64,000 nt of DNA. Source: Candidatus Bathyarchaeota archaeon (GTDB taxonomy: Archaea > Thermoproteota > Bathyarchaeia > Bathyarchaeales > Bathyarchaeaceae). The notes below the pieces were generated by a model that did no database searches, was not told the origin of the DNA, and worked only from the letters and a program-made list of their open reading frames with translations. The stretch covers positions 33,914 to 97,913 of the forward strand of contig SOJZ01000005.1 of the NCBI GenBank assembly GCA_004376295.1, read 5' to 3'. The translations under genes were made by a program, and so were the position numbers. Below, in pieces: positions 48,353 to 58,162 of this stretch (the first letter of the stretch is position 1; every line of letters begins with the position of its first letter).

Positions 48353-49087
48353 GTGGGTAAGAAAATTCGAGTTCAAAGACGCGGCAGAGGTTCATCCACT
48401 TTTCGTGCATCCACTCACAAAAGAATAGCACCAGTTCGATATCCCTCATTTTCCAAGAAGGAGCAAGAAGGTGTCATTCAGGGTCACATCATGAAGATTC
48501 TTCATGAACCTGGAAGAGGTTCACCACTAGCCTCCGTAAAACTTGAGGCTGGCGAAACCTACTACACAGTTGTTCCTGAAGGCGTCTATGAAGGTCAACC
48601 AATCCAAATTGGAAGCAGAGCTTCCGTAGACATTGGTAACGTGCTCCCGTTAAGCAGCATTCCCGCAGGCACCATGATATGTAACATCGAGCTTTCACCA
48701 AGCGACGGAGGAAAAATCTCACGTTCATCAGGATCCTACGCAACAGTGGTGGCACACACCCCTGAAGGAACTATGATAAAACTTCCATCGGGAAAAACTC
48801 GCTATGTAAATGATCTTTGTCTTGCAACCGTTGGAGTTATTTCTGGGGCAGGTCGTCCTGAAAAACCCTTCCTGAAAGCGGGTGCAAAGTTCCATTGGAT
48901 GCGAGCAAAGGGACACAAATACCCTCGAACACGTGGTGTAGCAATGATAGCCGCGGTGCATCCTTTTGGAAGTGGTAGGAGGGGAGCACGCAAGGTTACA
49001 ACGGTATCACGGCATGCTCCACCCGGCAGAAAAGTAGGCTTGATTGCAGCGAGAAGCACGGGGAAACGAAAAAGAAGAAAACGGTAA
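48353..49087 (+). CDS. rpl2: 50S ribosomal protein L2
   Basis: MGKKIRVQRRGRG, HEPGRGSP, RGVAM, HPFGSG, PPGRKVG. Confidence 0.97.
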   Translation: MGKKIRVQRRGRGSSTFRASTHKRIAPVRYPSFSKKEQEGVIQGHIMKILHEPGRGSPLASVKLEAGETYYTVVPEGVYEGQPIQIGSRASVDIGNVLPLSSIPAGTMICNIELSPSDGGKISRSSGSYATVVAHTPEGTMIKLPSGKTRYVNDLCLATVGVISGAGRPEKPFLKAGAKFHWMRAKGHKYPRTRGVAMIAAVHPFGSGRRGARKVTTVSRHAPPGRKVGLIAARSTGKRKRRKR

Positions 49088-49160
49088 TTTTTCACCATTA
49101 GCAAAACGTTAGAAATGTTTAATAAATCCCGAGAACCAAAAGAAATGAGGAGATGGCCAG

Positions 49161-49565
49161 TTGCCTAGAGAATTCGCCTACCAAGGTTACACGCTTGACG
49201 GATTACAAGGCATGTCGATGGACGAGTTTATTCGCTTACTGCCATCACGGCAACGGCGGAGCCTACAACGAGGTCTCACACGAGAACAAAGGGTCCTCCT
49301 CGAAAACATTCGAAGCGCCAAAGAAACACCAAAGGAAGGACAGGAAAAAGTCGTTAAAACGCACACCCGTAACATGATTATTCTTCCAGAAATGGTCGGT
49401 GTCACTGTTCTAGTTCATAACGGAAAGGAATTCGTCGCTGTGGAAATAAGGCCTGAAATGATTGGTCATTATTTAGGCGAATTCGCGATTACCAACAAGA
49501 TGGTCAGACACGGGTCACCCGGCATCGGCGCGTCCAGATCGTCCATGTATGTTCCCTTAAAGTAG
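49161..49565 (+). CDS. rps19: 30S ribosomal protein S19
   Basis: [30 protein letters not shown]. Confidence 0.96.
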   Translation: MPREFAYQGYTLDGLQGMSMDEFIRLLPSRQRRSLQRGLTREQRVLLENIRSAKETPKEGQEKVVKTHTRNMIILPEMVGVTVLVHNGKEFVAVEIRPEMIGHYLGEFAITNKMVRHGSPGIGASRSSMYVPLK

Positions 49566-49599
49566 AAACAATAGCAGTCAAGATGTTTATTCTACGCGT

Positions 49600-50019
49600 T
49601 TAAGCTCGATAGTCTGGTTCAGGCAACTTCTTTTTCTTAGTTGGTGGAATTTTAGGAAGCGGAATAGGAGGGGGAATATTCAAGGTTCGGCTGATAATCA
49701 CCGATTCTAAAAATACGACGTTAGAGATGGATTGAACAATAATGGCTGGTGGAGGCTGTTTTTTCGTATATGCGTTGTGAATCTTCTCAATTTCATCTTT
49801 TGTACCTTTAACTCGGGCTTTTCCCTTCATGCTGATTTGAGCAACGGCTGGCTGGTAATTTATTGTGAAAACAAATGGAGCCTCTAACCAATCTTCATTT
49901 TTCTTGTTTATCCCTACAACATTGAGATTAGTAGCTATTCGAACAGGTGGTAAAGGCTTTTCAACATCCCAAAAACGCTCAGCGGAAAGATTGTGAATAA
50001 AAACGTTTACGCGAACCAT
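49600..50019 (-). CDS. conserved archaeal hypothetical protein (possibly SecB-like fold)
   Basis: Beta-rich core, C-terminal LNIPPPIPLP; follows rps27ae. Confidence 0.65.
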   Translation of the reverse strand: MVRVNVFIHNLSAERFWDVEKPLPPVRIATNLNVVGINKKNEDWLEAPFVFTINYQPAVAQISMKGKARVKGTKDEIEKIHNAYTKKQPPPAIIVQSISNVVFLESVIISRTLNIPPPIPLPKIPPTKKKKLPEPDYRA

Positions 50020-50068
50020 TTATTTCCACTCATCAAACTTGTGATAGGTTGCAGGATTTAAACGTGTG

Positions 50069-50338
50069 TCACTTACTCGCTTCGCTGCGTTTATATCGTG
50101 TGAAGCCGCAGTGTCCGCAGGTGTAACGGTCGCCGTGGTCTGCCATGAAGTATCCTGATCCGCATCTTTCGCAGAAGGGAAGAAGTCTTTCAAGTTTATT
50201 TTCCCCGATCTTATAGTAGGAAAAGACGCCCTTTCTTTTCTTCTTAGCCTTTTCAACTTTCTTTTCTTCGGGTTTTTTTTCTGGTTTTACTTCGGGTTCC
50301 TTGGGTTCTTCTGCTTCTTCTGTTTCTTTCTCAGCCAT
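50069..50338 (-). CDS. rps27ae: 30S ribosomal protein S27ae (eS31) with charged N-terminal extension
   Basis: CERCGSGYFMADHGDRYTCGHCG. Confidence 0.94.
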   Translation of the reverse strand: MAEKETEEAEEPKEPEVKPEKKPEEKKVEKAKKKRKGVFSYYKIGENKLERLLPFCERCGSGYFMADHGDRYTCGHCGFTRYKRSEASK

Positions 50339-50342
50339 TCAG

Positions 50343-50744
50343 CTATCCCTCTTTTTTCTCCTCTTTCTTTTCCGTTGTCTCTACTTTTTCTTTCTTTTCT
50401 GCCGTTTTCGTCTCTTCCAATTTTTCTACAGCCTCTTTCTTTTCTTCAGGTTTTTTCGGTGGTGCGTTCCTAACAAGGATGTGTTTGGACTCCACTAGTT
50501 TGGCCTGTTCAGCTGAATCGTATGCGTTAGCTGCACCAACGGCGATTCTTGTCCCGGTTTTTGTAGTCATTTTCTCAACATACACTAGGTCAATATCCAT
50601 CTTCAGCACTGCTGCAAGTTCCTTCCTCACTTCCAAACGGGTAGGGGTTCCCCCAGTCTTTTCATGGTTAATCTCGAAGGTTATCTCCTTTCTTTTGAGC
50701 AGTGGATTATATTCTTTGGATGTAATGCTAATTTTCATGGGCAA
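50343..50744 (-). CDS. rps24e: 30S ribosomal protein S24e
   Basis: NPLLKRKEI, TPTRLEVR, AYDS; synteny. Confidence 0.94.
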   Translation of the reverse strand: MPMKISITSKEYNPLLKRKEITFEINHEKTGGTPTRLEVRKELAAVLKMDIDLVYVEKMTTKTGTRIAVGAANAYDSAEQAKLVESKHILVRNAPPKKPEEKKEAVEKLEETKTAEKKEKVETTEKKEEKKEG

Positions 50745-50801
50745 TCTTCCATTGGATTGTTGATTTTTGGAGTGCCTCCCTTACTTTAACTTTTCGCACT
50801 A

Positions 50802-51317
50802 TTATTCCATCTCTTCCACGAGTCGGCGTACAAGCTTCTTCTTTTGTTCCGTAACCTTAACTACAACGATTCCTACTTGTGGCTGTCCGTAAACCACTAA
50901 GGACTTTTCGGGTGCACACAACACCGCTACCAAGGTAAGTAGGTCTTCTTCTCCGTCAACCAACACCCTTGTTGTTTGCCTCTGTTTTAAAGAATCTTCC
51001 ATAACGGTCCATGCTTCATCAGCTAATGTTCCCGGAGGATTTCTTATGTGTAATGTTCGGCTCACGTCTACTAGAATTGGCTTAACTTTTTTTCTCATAA
51101 CTCGGTTGTCCACGATCAAAACGTTTGGGGAAATGCCGTTTTTTATCATGCTATTAGAAACAGCGTCACCAACAGAAATGATTCTGGCCGGTTTTTCTTC
51201 TTCGATGAACTTCTTCAGTTGTTTAATTGTTTCATCAACGGAACCTTGGATCAACAGTCCTAATGGAGACTTTAGTTTTTTACGTAAGGCAGGTGTAAGA
51301 AAACGTATTTTAATCAC
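50802..51317 (-). CDS. GTP-dependent dephospho-CoA kinase (DUF359)
   Basis: LKSPLG, VGDAVS, NPPG, VDGEEDLL, YGQP. Confidence 0.9.
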   Translation of the reverse strand: MIKIRFLTPALRKKLKSPLGLLIQGSVDETIKQLKKFIEEEKPARIISVGDAVSNSMIKNGISPNVLIVDNRVMRKKVKPILVDVSRTLHIRNPPGTLADEAWTVMEDSLKQRQTTRVLVDGEEDLLTLVAVLCAPEKSLVVYGQPQVGIVVVKVTEQKKKLVRRLVEEME

Positions 51318-51499
51318 CTTACGCGTAGCGCGTAGCGTCCCTTCTCCTCCACTTTCATTGCATGGGCTATGGCTGAGCCTTTCAAGTCAAAGATTATGAC
51401 CAAGCCAGTGAAGTCGTCACTCATGGTGGAAGTCTTACACTTTGGACAAGCGGACCCATGGGATATTCGGTGGCATTCTCTACACGCTTTGTCAGTCAC
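51314..51499 (-). CDS. spt4: transcription elongation factor Spt4 (RpoE'')
   Basis: KACRECHRI...CPKC, GRYALRVR. Confidence 0.93.
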   Translation of the reverse strand: MTDKACRECHRISHGSACPKCKTSTMSDDFTGLVIIFDLKGSAIAHAMKVEEKGRYALRVR

Positions 51500-52101
51500 G
51501 TTTTGGACTCCTTGCTCTTTTCAGGTTCTTTTGGTTTTTCAGCCTTGGCACTCTTCATTTTTTCTAGGTCTTTCTTAATCCACCCAATCTTCCCCAAGAA
51601 AGGCTGCCTCGCGGTTACACCGATTTTTCCAGAGCTTCTACCATGCCCAAGCGAGACCGCTGTTACGCGAACTCGTACGTGGTCTCCGGTCACAAGTTTT
51701 CTCCTCGTTTCTTTGCCCATGAGTACTCCTTGTTTTTCATCGTATGAGATATAATCATCCATAAGTTGAGACACATGAAGCAATGCGTCGATCGGCCCAA
51801 CTCGGATAAATGCTCCGAAATCGGCTATTTCAACTACCTCTCCTTCAATCACTTCTTGAATTTTCGGATAGAACGTGAGAAGGGAAAATTCAGCCTTGTG
51901 GTAGGTGGCTCCGTCTCCAGGAATTATCTTTCCAATAGGGGCGACTTTAATGTTAATCACAGCTACGACGTAACCCAGCTCCTCATCAACCATGCCCTCA
52001 TATCTCATTTTCAACTGTTCATAACCTACCGTTTCAATGGGCTTTCCAAATTTTTTTGGAGGTATACGAATGGTATCATCTAAAGTTACAAGCTTGAACA
52101 C
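51496..52101 (-). CDS. rpoE: DNA-directed RNA polymerase subunit E' (Rpo7)
   Basis: IRIPP, IIPGDGATY, FGAFIRVGPIDALLHVSQ, RQPFLGK. Confidence 0.96.
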   Translation of the reverse strand: MFKLVTLDDTIRIPPKKFGKPIETVGYEQLKMRYEGMVDEELGYVVAVINIKVAPIGKIIPGDGATYHKAEFSLLTFYPKIQEVIEGEVVEIADFGAFIRVGPIDALLHVSQLMDDYISYDEKQGVLMGKETRRKLVTGDHVRVRVTAVSLGHGRSSGKIGVTARQPFLGKIGWIKKDLEKMKSAKAEKPKEPEKSKESKT

Positions 52102-52334
52102 AACTACTCCTCGCTACTGACTTTTTTAACAGCTAGGTGTTCTGCATTATTTTTATCTCTAAGGGTTAAATAGTAGGGTTTTAGGGAATAGAGTAAAGCT
52201 TCTGTAGGAGAACAGAAAGAAAGAATAATTTCTTCCAACTTTGCCCTATCCCTTTTTAGATGTTAATATAGGTTTGATAAAGCTTATGCGTGTAGGGAGA
52301 CTTTAATACTTTTTTGTGTCAGATGCCAGTCACT

Positions 52335-52832
52335 CTATTGTTTCTCGATTAGCTCTGCTATGTATTTTAAGGAGAAGGGTTTTGCAATAAAGTCGTTTAG
52401 ACTGATGAGAAATGTTTCATGTTCTTGTATGTCATCTCCACCTTCTGAGATTATGTTTGTGATGAACTTGGAATAGTCTGTGTAGTTTTTGTGTAATGAA
52501 ATAATCATTCCATTCTTTCCTTCGCCTTGACATCTAGCTGAAAATATGATATTTGGGTTTGCCATTGCCACTTTTCTTGCTTTATCAGCTAGTTCCTTCG
52601 TTACTCGTGATCTGAAGCAGTTGATTGCCAGGATTTCAAATCCCATTTTTGGTAAGTCAGGTATTACGGTGAACTCTTTTATCACTCCTTCCTTTACAAG
52701 CCTACTTCTTGTTCTGGTTACAGTTGGCTGTGACACTCCAACAAGGTCTGCTAGTTTCCTATCACTCTTCTTGGAATTCTTTAGCAATTCCACAAGAACC
52801 TTTTTCATTATCTTTTTCATCAGCATCACCAC
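52335..52832 (-). CDS. Lrp/AsnC-family transcriptional regulator
   Basis: LLKNSKKSDRKLADLVGVSQPTVTRTRSRL HTH, GVIKEFTVIPD. Confidence 0.85.
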   Translation of the reverse strand: MVMLMKKIMKKVLVELLKNSKKSDRKLADLVGVSQPTVTRTRSRLVKEGVIKEFTVIPDLPKMGFEILAINCFRSRVTKELADKARKVAMANPNIIFSARCQGEGKNGMIISLHKNYTDYSKFITNIISEGGDDIQEHETFLISLNDFIAKPFSLKYIAELIEKQ

Positions 52833-52966
52833 TCAACTGCATGCATTTGTATCACTTGCAAATTAATTTTGTGGTCTTGACACAGTTTGCTGATGAGAGA
52901 ATCCTAAGAATGCTCTATATGCACCATTAAATAGAGCAAAGCTATATCTATCTATTAGGTATAAAA

Positions 52967-53212
52967 ATGAGTCAGAAAGTTAGAGATTGGCTCAGGCAAT
53001 TGAGATTACTTGATCAAACAACTCACGAAGACAGAGTTGAAATAGATTCGGAGATAGAAAGGCAGACTGGTGTTCATTGTGATTATGCCATAGAGAAGAA
53101 GATGATTACTGAAAGAGAGTTCAGACGAGTTGTCGAACGAGTGCTTGCACAGAAAAAGATGGCAATGAAGAAGACTTTGGACAAGTTGGTTGAACAAAAG
53201 GCTGTGGTGTAA
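52967..53212 (+). CDS. hypothetical protein
   Basis: 81-aa ORF coupled to the next ORF; no motif recognised. Confidence 0.6.
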   Translation: MSQKVRDWLRQLRLLDQTTHEDRVEIDSEIERQTGVHCDYAIEKKMITEREFRRVVERVLAQKKMAMKKTLDKLVEQKAVV

Positions 53213-53434
53213 TTGAACTTTCCTGACTACACAAAGGAATTCTTCAATTGGCTATATTTCAAGGAAGAAGAAGTATGGCAAGGAGTCAAAGACAGAAATA
53301 GAATTAAGACAATGCCAATTGTTGTGTTGGGAACTTCTGGGATTGGCAAGACAACTTTGGTTGAAAACATAATGAAGGTTGTGGATGGCTGGTATTATGG
53401 TCGTGGTATTGGTCTCCTGCTATCGAAGAACTAA
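53213..53434 (+). pseudogene. truncated P-loop NTPase fragment
   Basis: IVVLGTSGIGKTT Walker A; ORF ends about 25 aa later with no Walker B. Confidence 0.55.
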
Positions 53435-53701
53435 GACAGAGAGTATTCAATGCATGCATGCAATTACCGATAACATCACTATTCCTAGCTTAACATTTAG
53501 TTGCATGCAAAAAAAGAAAACTTAGGCGAGGGACAAGAACAACATAGTATCTACCCATTTTCTAACGTTTTTAGTTTCCTTAAAGACCTCTCTTTCCTTG
53601 TAGAATACATTTGATAGTTTACTTATTCTCTCTAACAAGCAGAATGGTACATTTAGAGGGAATATCTGAACTATATTTCCCTGAATTGAGAAAAGGGGAC
53701 T

Positions 53702-53774
53702 TTCATTCTATAATCTACCATAGTTGGAAAAGAAGAATTATTTAGTGTTACTTCATCATGCTTGATACTCGTAT
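53702..53774 (+). repeat. repeat A
   Basis: TTCATTCTATAATCTACCATAGTTGGAAAAGAAGAATTAT; near-identical 40-mer at 55777-55816. Confidence 0.85.
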
Positions 53775-53801
53775 AGCAGATTTCAAAACAGTTGTTAGAA
53801 A

Positions 53802-54176
53802 TTAGTAAGGGATGGAAAAATGTACGATTATGGTTGTAGCACATAGTATGAGACCGATTATTACCATGATTGTTCCTTCTTGTCGATAACGTTGCCTTTC
53901 TTTGGGTTTCAATTTTGCAAATTTTCTAAAATCAATCCATCCAGTACGAAATCCTCTTGAGTAGGGGATGCTGTCCTCTCTGTAGATATAAGAACCGAGA
54001 ATCTGGAAAACTCCTGCAATCAAAATGAATAATGCTTCGTATGTGAGAATTAGGGTAAATAGATAAAGAGTTCTGAAGACCCATAGAATGCACAATGCTA
54101 TTAGACTCAGAACTGCAATTAGTCCTAAAATCTTTGCGACAAAGGACACCCAATGGGCATTTCGATTAGACGTCAA
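53802..54176 (-). CDS. small 3-TM membrane protein, paralogue of 41025-41420
   Basis: Three hydrophobic segments; ERQRYRQEGTIMVIIG. Confidence 0.75.
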   Translation of the reverse strand: MTSNRNAHWVSFVAKILGLIAVLSLIALCILWVFRTLYLFTLILTYEALFILIAGVFQILGSYIYREDSIPYSRGFRTGWIDFRKFAKLKPKERQRYRQEGTIMVIIGLILCATTIIVHFSIPY

Positions 54177-54213
54177 CCCTCACCTACTTCACTTGACATA
54201 TCCATTCAACTTC

Positions 54214-54242
54214 TACTAAAGATTTAAGAAAGAAACTTCTAT
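54214..54242 (+). repeat. repeat B (promoter-like)
   Basis: TACTAAAGATTTAAGAAAGAAACTTCTAT; identical at 54817-54845, variant at 56060-56084. Confidence 0.85.
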
Positions 54243-54512
54243 GTGAAATTGCTTGATATATCGATTTTTTATATATTCCGAAGACGAAATAAGCAGTATA
54301 TTAAGATACACGATACAAATTCTTGTTGGTGATTGCTGAAATGAAGAAGAAGCTTGAACTAGGTTCTCAGGCAATGAGATTGCTTCTTGAACTCAATTTG
54401 CTCTTCTCCTTGAGGTAGCGTCAATATCGGTTCTTGAAGAATTGTACTAGAGAAATCTTCTATGTCTCTCACGTCTTATAGGTTCATGAACACGGAATAC
54501 TTCATAGACTGA

Positions 54513-54797
54513 TTAGACTAGTATACATTGACACTTGATATTCTTATTGGGTAATGATTTCCTTTGTGCAAATCCTTCTCTAACATATTCTACGGATAGG
54601 ATAATGAAAAGTGAAACTAGAACAACTATCAATATGGTTCTATCCGATCCTTCAGTGAAAAGCCAAACGTATGCGAGCGCCCCCATTATTACCCAACCTA
54701 AAGTTAGGAATACACCTCTAGCTATACGCATCTTTATCTCTCCAAGGATTACTCTTTTTATTCCCCATTTATCCCTTCTTTTCTCTTTATCGTCCAT
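54513..54797 (-). CDS. small 2-TM membrane protein
   Basis: Two hydrophobic helices; probable ATG at 54797, with repeat B upstream. Confidence 0.6.
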   Translation of the reverse strand: MDDKEKRRDKWGIKRVILGEIKMRIARGVFLTLGWVIMGALAYVWLFTEGSDRTILIVVLVSLFIILSVEYVREGFAQRKSLPNKNIKCQCILV

Positions 54798-54816
54798 ATT
54801 ACATACATTCAAGTTG

Positions 54817-54845
54817 TACTAAAGATTTAAGAAAGAAACTTCTAT
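54817..54845 (+). repeat. repeat B (promoter-like)
   Basis: Second copy, between divergent genes. Confidence 0.85.
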
Positions 54846-54854
54846 AGTGCAGAA

Positions 54855-55730
54855 ATGGTGTCTCTGATGAATAGAGAATGGATTCCTTTCGTTGTTTTAT
54901 TCTTGACTGCTGGAGTTGTGGTAGGTTATGCTTCCTCTTATGAAGAAATTTCAAGACTTCAATCAGAAATCTCAACAATGACAACCGAGTTTAGCGATCT
55001 CAATGTCGTATACGAACAGTTGGAAGATGATTACAGCAGTCTGAACTCAACACACAATGAGCTGAAAGCAAACTGTACTCTACTGCAATCAGAGGTCTTG
55101 ACGTTGACAACTAATTATGATAATCTTAATGCAACATACAGCACGTTGCTTGGTAACTATAGGCAACTTGAAGATGCATATGAACTCCTTAATGGTAGCT
55201 ATACTTCTTTGAACTCTAGCTATAGTGAACTCCAAATGCATTACGAAGAGGCTACGGAAAGAATCGCTGAATTGGAGCAAATGGTGGATGTTCTCTTGGA
55301 TAGGGAATATTATCAGTCCGTGAAAGATGATATGGAAAATGCTAGTGAGACAATCTTAGTTGCCATGTATTCTATGATATATGATCCAGGCGACTTAGAC
55401 GATTGGGCTAATGATCTGATTAGAGAACTTGTTAATGCCAAAGATAGAGGGGTTAATGTAACTGTAATCATTGAGAATAGAACCTATTTCGGCTATATGA
55501 ATGACAATCTGGAGGCATACCAGTATCTATCAGAAAATAATGTCACAGTACAGCTAGATAATGAGGATGACACTGATCATATGAAACTCGTAATAATAGA
55601 TGACAACATTGTTTACGTTGGGTCGCATAATTGGAGTGAATCTGGGCTTTACTACAACCATGAAACTTCGGTTAAGATAGTTAGTGAGGATATCGCTGAG
55701 ATATTCACAGCATACTTCGAGACTATTTAG
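54855..55730 (+). CDS. membrane-anchored coiled-coil protein with a single-HKD phospholipase D/Nuc-like domain
   Basis: N-terminal TM, heptad stalk, HMKLVIIDDNIVYVGSHNWS...NHE. Confidence 0.85.
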   Translation: MVSLMNREWIPFVVLFLTAGVVVGYASSYEEISRLQSEISTMTTEFSDLNVVYEQLEDDYSSLNSTHNELKANCTLLQSEVLTLTTNYDNLNATYSTLLGNYRQLEDAYELLNGSYTSLNSSYSELQMHYEEATERIAELEQMVDVLLDREYYQSVKDDMENASETILVAMYSMIYDPGDLDDWANDLIRELVNAKDRGVNVTVIIENRTYFGYMNDNLEAYQYLSENNVTVQLDNEDDTDHMKLVIIDDNIVYVGSHNWSESGLYYNHETSVKIVSEDIAEIFTAYFETI

Positions 55731-55776
55731 AATATCAGTAATCAAGCCACACTTGATTTTGACAAACTGTAATTTC

Positions 55777-55816
55777 TTCATTCTATAATCTAGCATAGTT
55801 GGAAAAGAAGAATTAT
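55777..55816 (+). repeat. repeat A
   Basis: TTCATTCTATAATCTAGCATAGTTGGAAAAGAAGAATTAT. Confidence 0.85.
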
Positions 55817-56029
55817 CAATATTTCTCTTCCTTTGTAGCACCATAAACAGCCACAAGGAAACCAATAACTGAGAGTGCAATACTGAGAAACCAGATATTT
55901 CGAACATACACCAGTTTCTCTATAGATGTGTCCAGCACCTAGAATGAAATTACTCTGCAGAAAAAGAACTAAGCCTATTCCCAAACATACTGCGCCTGCA
56001 AACAAAGTGGCTTTGTTCACATCAGACAC
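55816..56029 (-). pseudogene. frameshifted small 2-TM membrane protein
   Basis: First TM in the track frame; a shift near 55940 gives VLDTSIEKLVYVRNIWFLSIALSVIGFLVAVYGATKEEKY* ending at repeat A. Confidence 0.55.
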
Positions 56030-56059
56030 CTACTCAACCTAGTATATCATTGAAACTTG

Positions 56060-56084
56060 TACTAAAAATTTAAGAAAGAAAGTT
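56060..56084 (+). repeat. repeat B variant
   Basis: TACTAAAAATTTAAGAAAGAAAGTT. Confidence 0.75.
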
Positions 56085-56111
56085 GTAGTGGGTGATGGTG
56101 TGTGATGGTTT

Positions 56112-56342
56112 ATGAAGTGTTACAACTGTGGCAAGATTGAAAAAATCGTTAAAATAGGTAAGGAACTCGTTTCAGATATTGACCGAATCGAAACTGATTT
56201 GAAAAAATACTCTGAAGAAGAAGAGAAATTTATGCCATTATGCCAGAAGTGTCTCAAGGACTGGCAAGACGGTAAAGTAAAAGGTATTGAAGAGAAATGG
56301 ATTGCAGAGAAAAATAAGTGGGAATATATCTCTCTAGAATAG
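56112..56342 (+). CDS. small putative zinc-binding protein
   Basis: CYNC...CQKC. Confidence 0.65.
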   Translation: MKCYNCGKIEKIVKIGKELVSDIDRIETDLKKYSEEEEKFMPLCQKCLKDWQDGKVKGIEEKWIAEKNKWEYISLE

Positions 56343-56481
56343 TAAGGGAGTACCAGTGTTACCCTACCTATGTTTCCTCAAATATTTTACAGAGGAATAG
56401 GAAGGATTTTTAGTCTTTCCTATCTAAATTCAATAGATAATTAGAGTAGGGATGATCGCATGTCTTCTGCAAGACTTATTT

Positions 56482-56883
56482 TTAAGGTATGTCACCCTCT
56501 ACTTCTAGATGAGACTTTTGTCTCAGATAAATGACGGGCACACTTATAATCCTTAACCTTTTTCTAAGCTCTCGGTCGTTTGTAGCAACTGGGCATCTCC
56601 AATCTTTTGCCACTCGAACAATCACATCATCATGCGTCTCTTTGAAACTCTGTTCAACATTGACCATGCGGCATTTTTCAGCGAGCTTGAGTGCCAACGA
56701 CGCTTGTTGACGCATTTTGGGAGAACCTTTCTCCGCTATCTTTAGAAGTTCCATGCGTGTTGGAGAAAGAAGAACGGGGTCAAACCTTCGGTTAAGGATG
56801 TTTTCTAGTTCTTTAAATATGTCTACATGGAATTGTGCGGGGATAAAAAGGAAGTTTGAGTCCAGAATCACTTTAGTTTTCAA
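56482..56883 (-). CDS. PIN-domain protein (Fcf1/Utp24-like)
   Basis: VILDSNFL, HDDVI, VATNDRELR, VPVIYLR; follows aIF2g. Confidence 0.9.
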   Translation of the reverse strand: MKTKVILDSNFLFIPAQFHVDIFKELENILNRRFDPVLLSPTRMELLKIAEKGSPKMRQQASLALKLAEKCRMVNVEQSFKETHDDVIVRVAKDWRCPVATNDRELRKRLRIISVPVIYLRQKSHLEVEGDIP

Positions 56884-56923
56884 GCCTTACCCAGCAACAC
56901 CTTAAATGAAAGCCTCTGCTTGC

Positions 56924-58162
56924 TTAACCTTTTATTATTCCGTAGCCAATGAGGCGCCATCTTCCTGCAATTTTTCTGCTGATGGCTGCTCGGAATTTCT
57001 CTTCAACGCACATGGGGCGTCCTAACCGAAGAGTAGCGTTTTCTTCTTTTATAGAGATGACTTCTCCTGTGGTTATGGCGGTTCCAACATCGAGTAGAAG
57101 GCGTTCACCCATACTTACTTTGTCGATTTGCATCAGTTCCTTTGTTCCTACGGCGCGTTCAAAAAGATGCGTTTCTAAAGTCAACTCTGAGCGGGTTGGC
57201 GGAAGCATACTAGTCTTTCCGGCAAGGTTTCCGACGAGGCCGTCAGCCTTGGTCAGAGAAGGATCTAGAAGGGTCCCGATACCTACCAATCCTCCACACA
57301 TAGCTTCTTTAACTGCTTTTCCACCCGCATAGAGACTGGCGATCTTAGTGAAAAGAGGTTGATAACTCATTTTTCCTTGTTTTTCAATTCGGATTCCGGG
57401 GCGCATCTCTATTTCGTCTCCTGATTTGAATTTTCCTTGAAGGATGCTGCCGCCGATCACTCCTCCTGCTAGTTTCTCCACTGAGGTTCCAGGTTTATTT
57501 ATGTCAAAGGAGCGTACGACATACATTCTTGGAGACTTTGCGAGGTCTCGGCTAGGAGTAGGGATGTGTTGTTGCAATGCTTGAATGAGGATGTCAATGT
57601 TCACGGAGTGTTGAGCAGAAACTGGGATGATCGGTGCGCCATCAGCCACCGTCCCTTTGACAAACTCAACTATCTCCTGATAACTCTCTAAAGCCCGTTT
57701 TTCATCCACTATATCAATCTTGTTTTGAGTGATGACAAGATTTTTTATTCCGGTGATTTCGATGGCTGCTAGGTGTTCCCGAGTTTGTGGCTGTGGACAA
57801 TGTTCATCGGCTGCTATGACCAGTATGGCTCCGTCCATAACGGCTGCTCCGGAAAGCATTGTGGCCATAAGGGCTTCATGACCCGGCGCATCCACGAAAC
57901 TTACTGCTCGAATGAACTCGCTGGGTGAGCCACAGTGGGGGCATGTTGGTTTAGTGGAGTAAGACTGTGGAGGTTTGCATTGAGGACATTTGTAGATGGG
58001 GGCGTCGGCGTAACCGAGCTTGATGGTTATGCCCCGCCTCAGCTCCTCGCTGTGTCTAGCTGCCCAAACACCTGTTATTGCCTTTACCAATGTGGTTTTT
58101 CCGTGATCCACATGCCCGATGGTTCCGATGTTGACTTCAGGTTGTTTGGGTAGTTTTTTCAG
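56924..58162 (-). CDS. eif2g: translation initiation factor 2 gamma subunit (probable CTG start)
   Basis: QPEVNIGTIGHVDHGKTT lies upstream of the track start; RGITI, DAPGH, NKID, RWRLIGYG. Confidence 0.95.
   Translation of the reverse strand: MKKLPKQPEVNIGTIGHVDHGKTTLVKAITGVWAARHSEELRRGITIKLGYADAPIYKCPQCKPPQSYSTKPTCPHCGSPSEFIRAVSFVDAPGHEALMATMLSGAAVMDGAILVIAADEHCPQPQTREHLAAIEITGIKNLVITQNKIDIVDEKRALESYQEIVEFVKGTVADGAPIIPVSAQHSVNIDILIQALQQHIPTPSRDLAKSPRMYVVRSFDINKPGTSVEKLAGGVIGGSILQGKFKSGDEIEMRPGIRIEKQGKMSYQPLFTKIASLYAGGKAVKEAMCGGLVGIGTLLDPSLTKADGLVGNLAGKTSMLPPTRSELTLETHLFERAVGTKELMQIDKVSMGERLLLDVGTAITTGEVISIKEENATLRLGRPMCVEEKFRAAISRKIAGRWRLIGYGIIKG

Larger units (their letters stand above)
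52150..56460. mobile_element. AT-rich accessory island between rpoE and the PIN-domain gene (boundaries approximate)
   Basis: Interrupts the normally contiguous aIF2g-PIN-rpoE cluster; small ORFs, gene fragments and internal repeats; no integrase seen. Confidence 0.5.

Noticed and set aside
53702..56084. CRISPR array
   Set aside because: Repeats are separated by hundreds of bases containing genes; no cas genes
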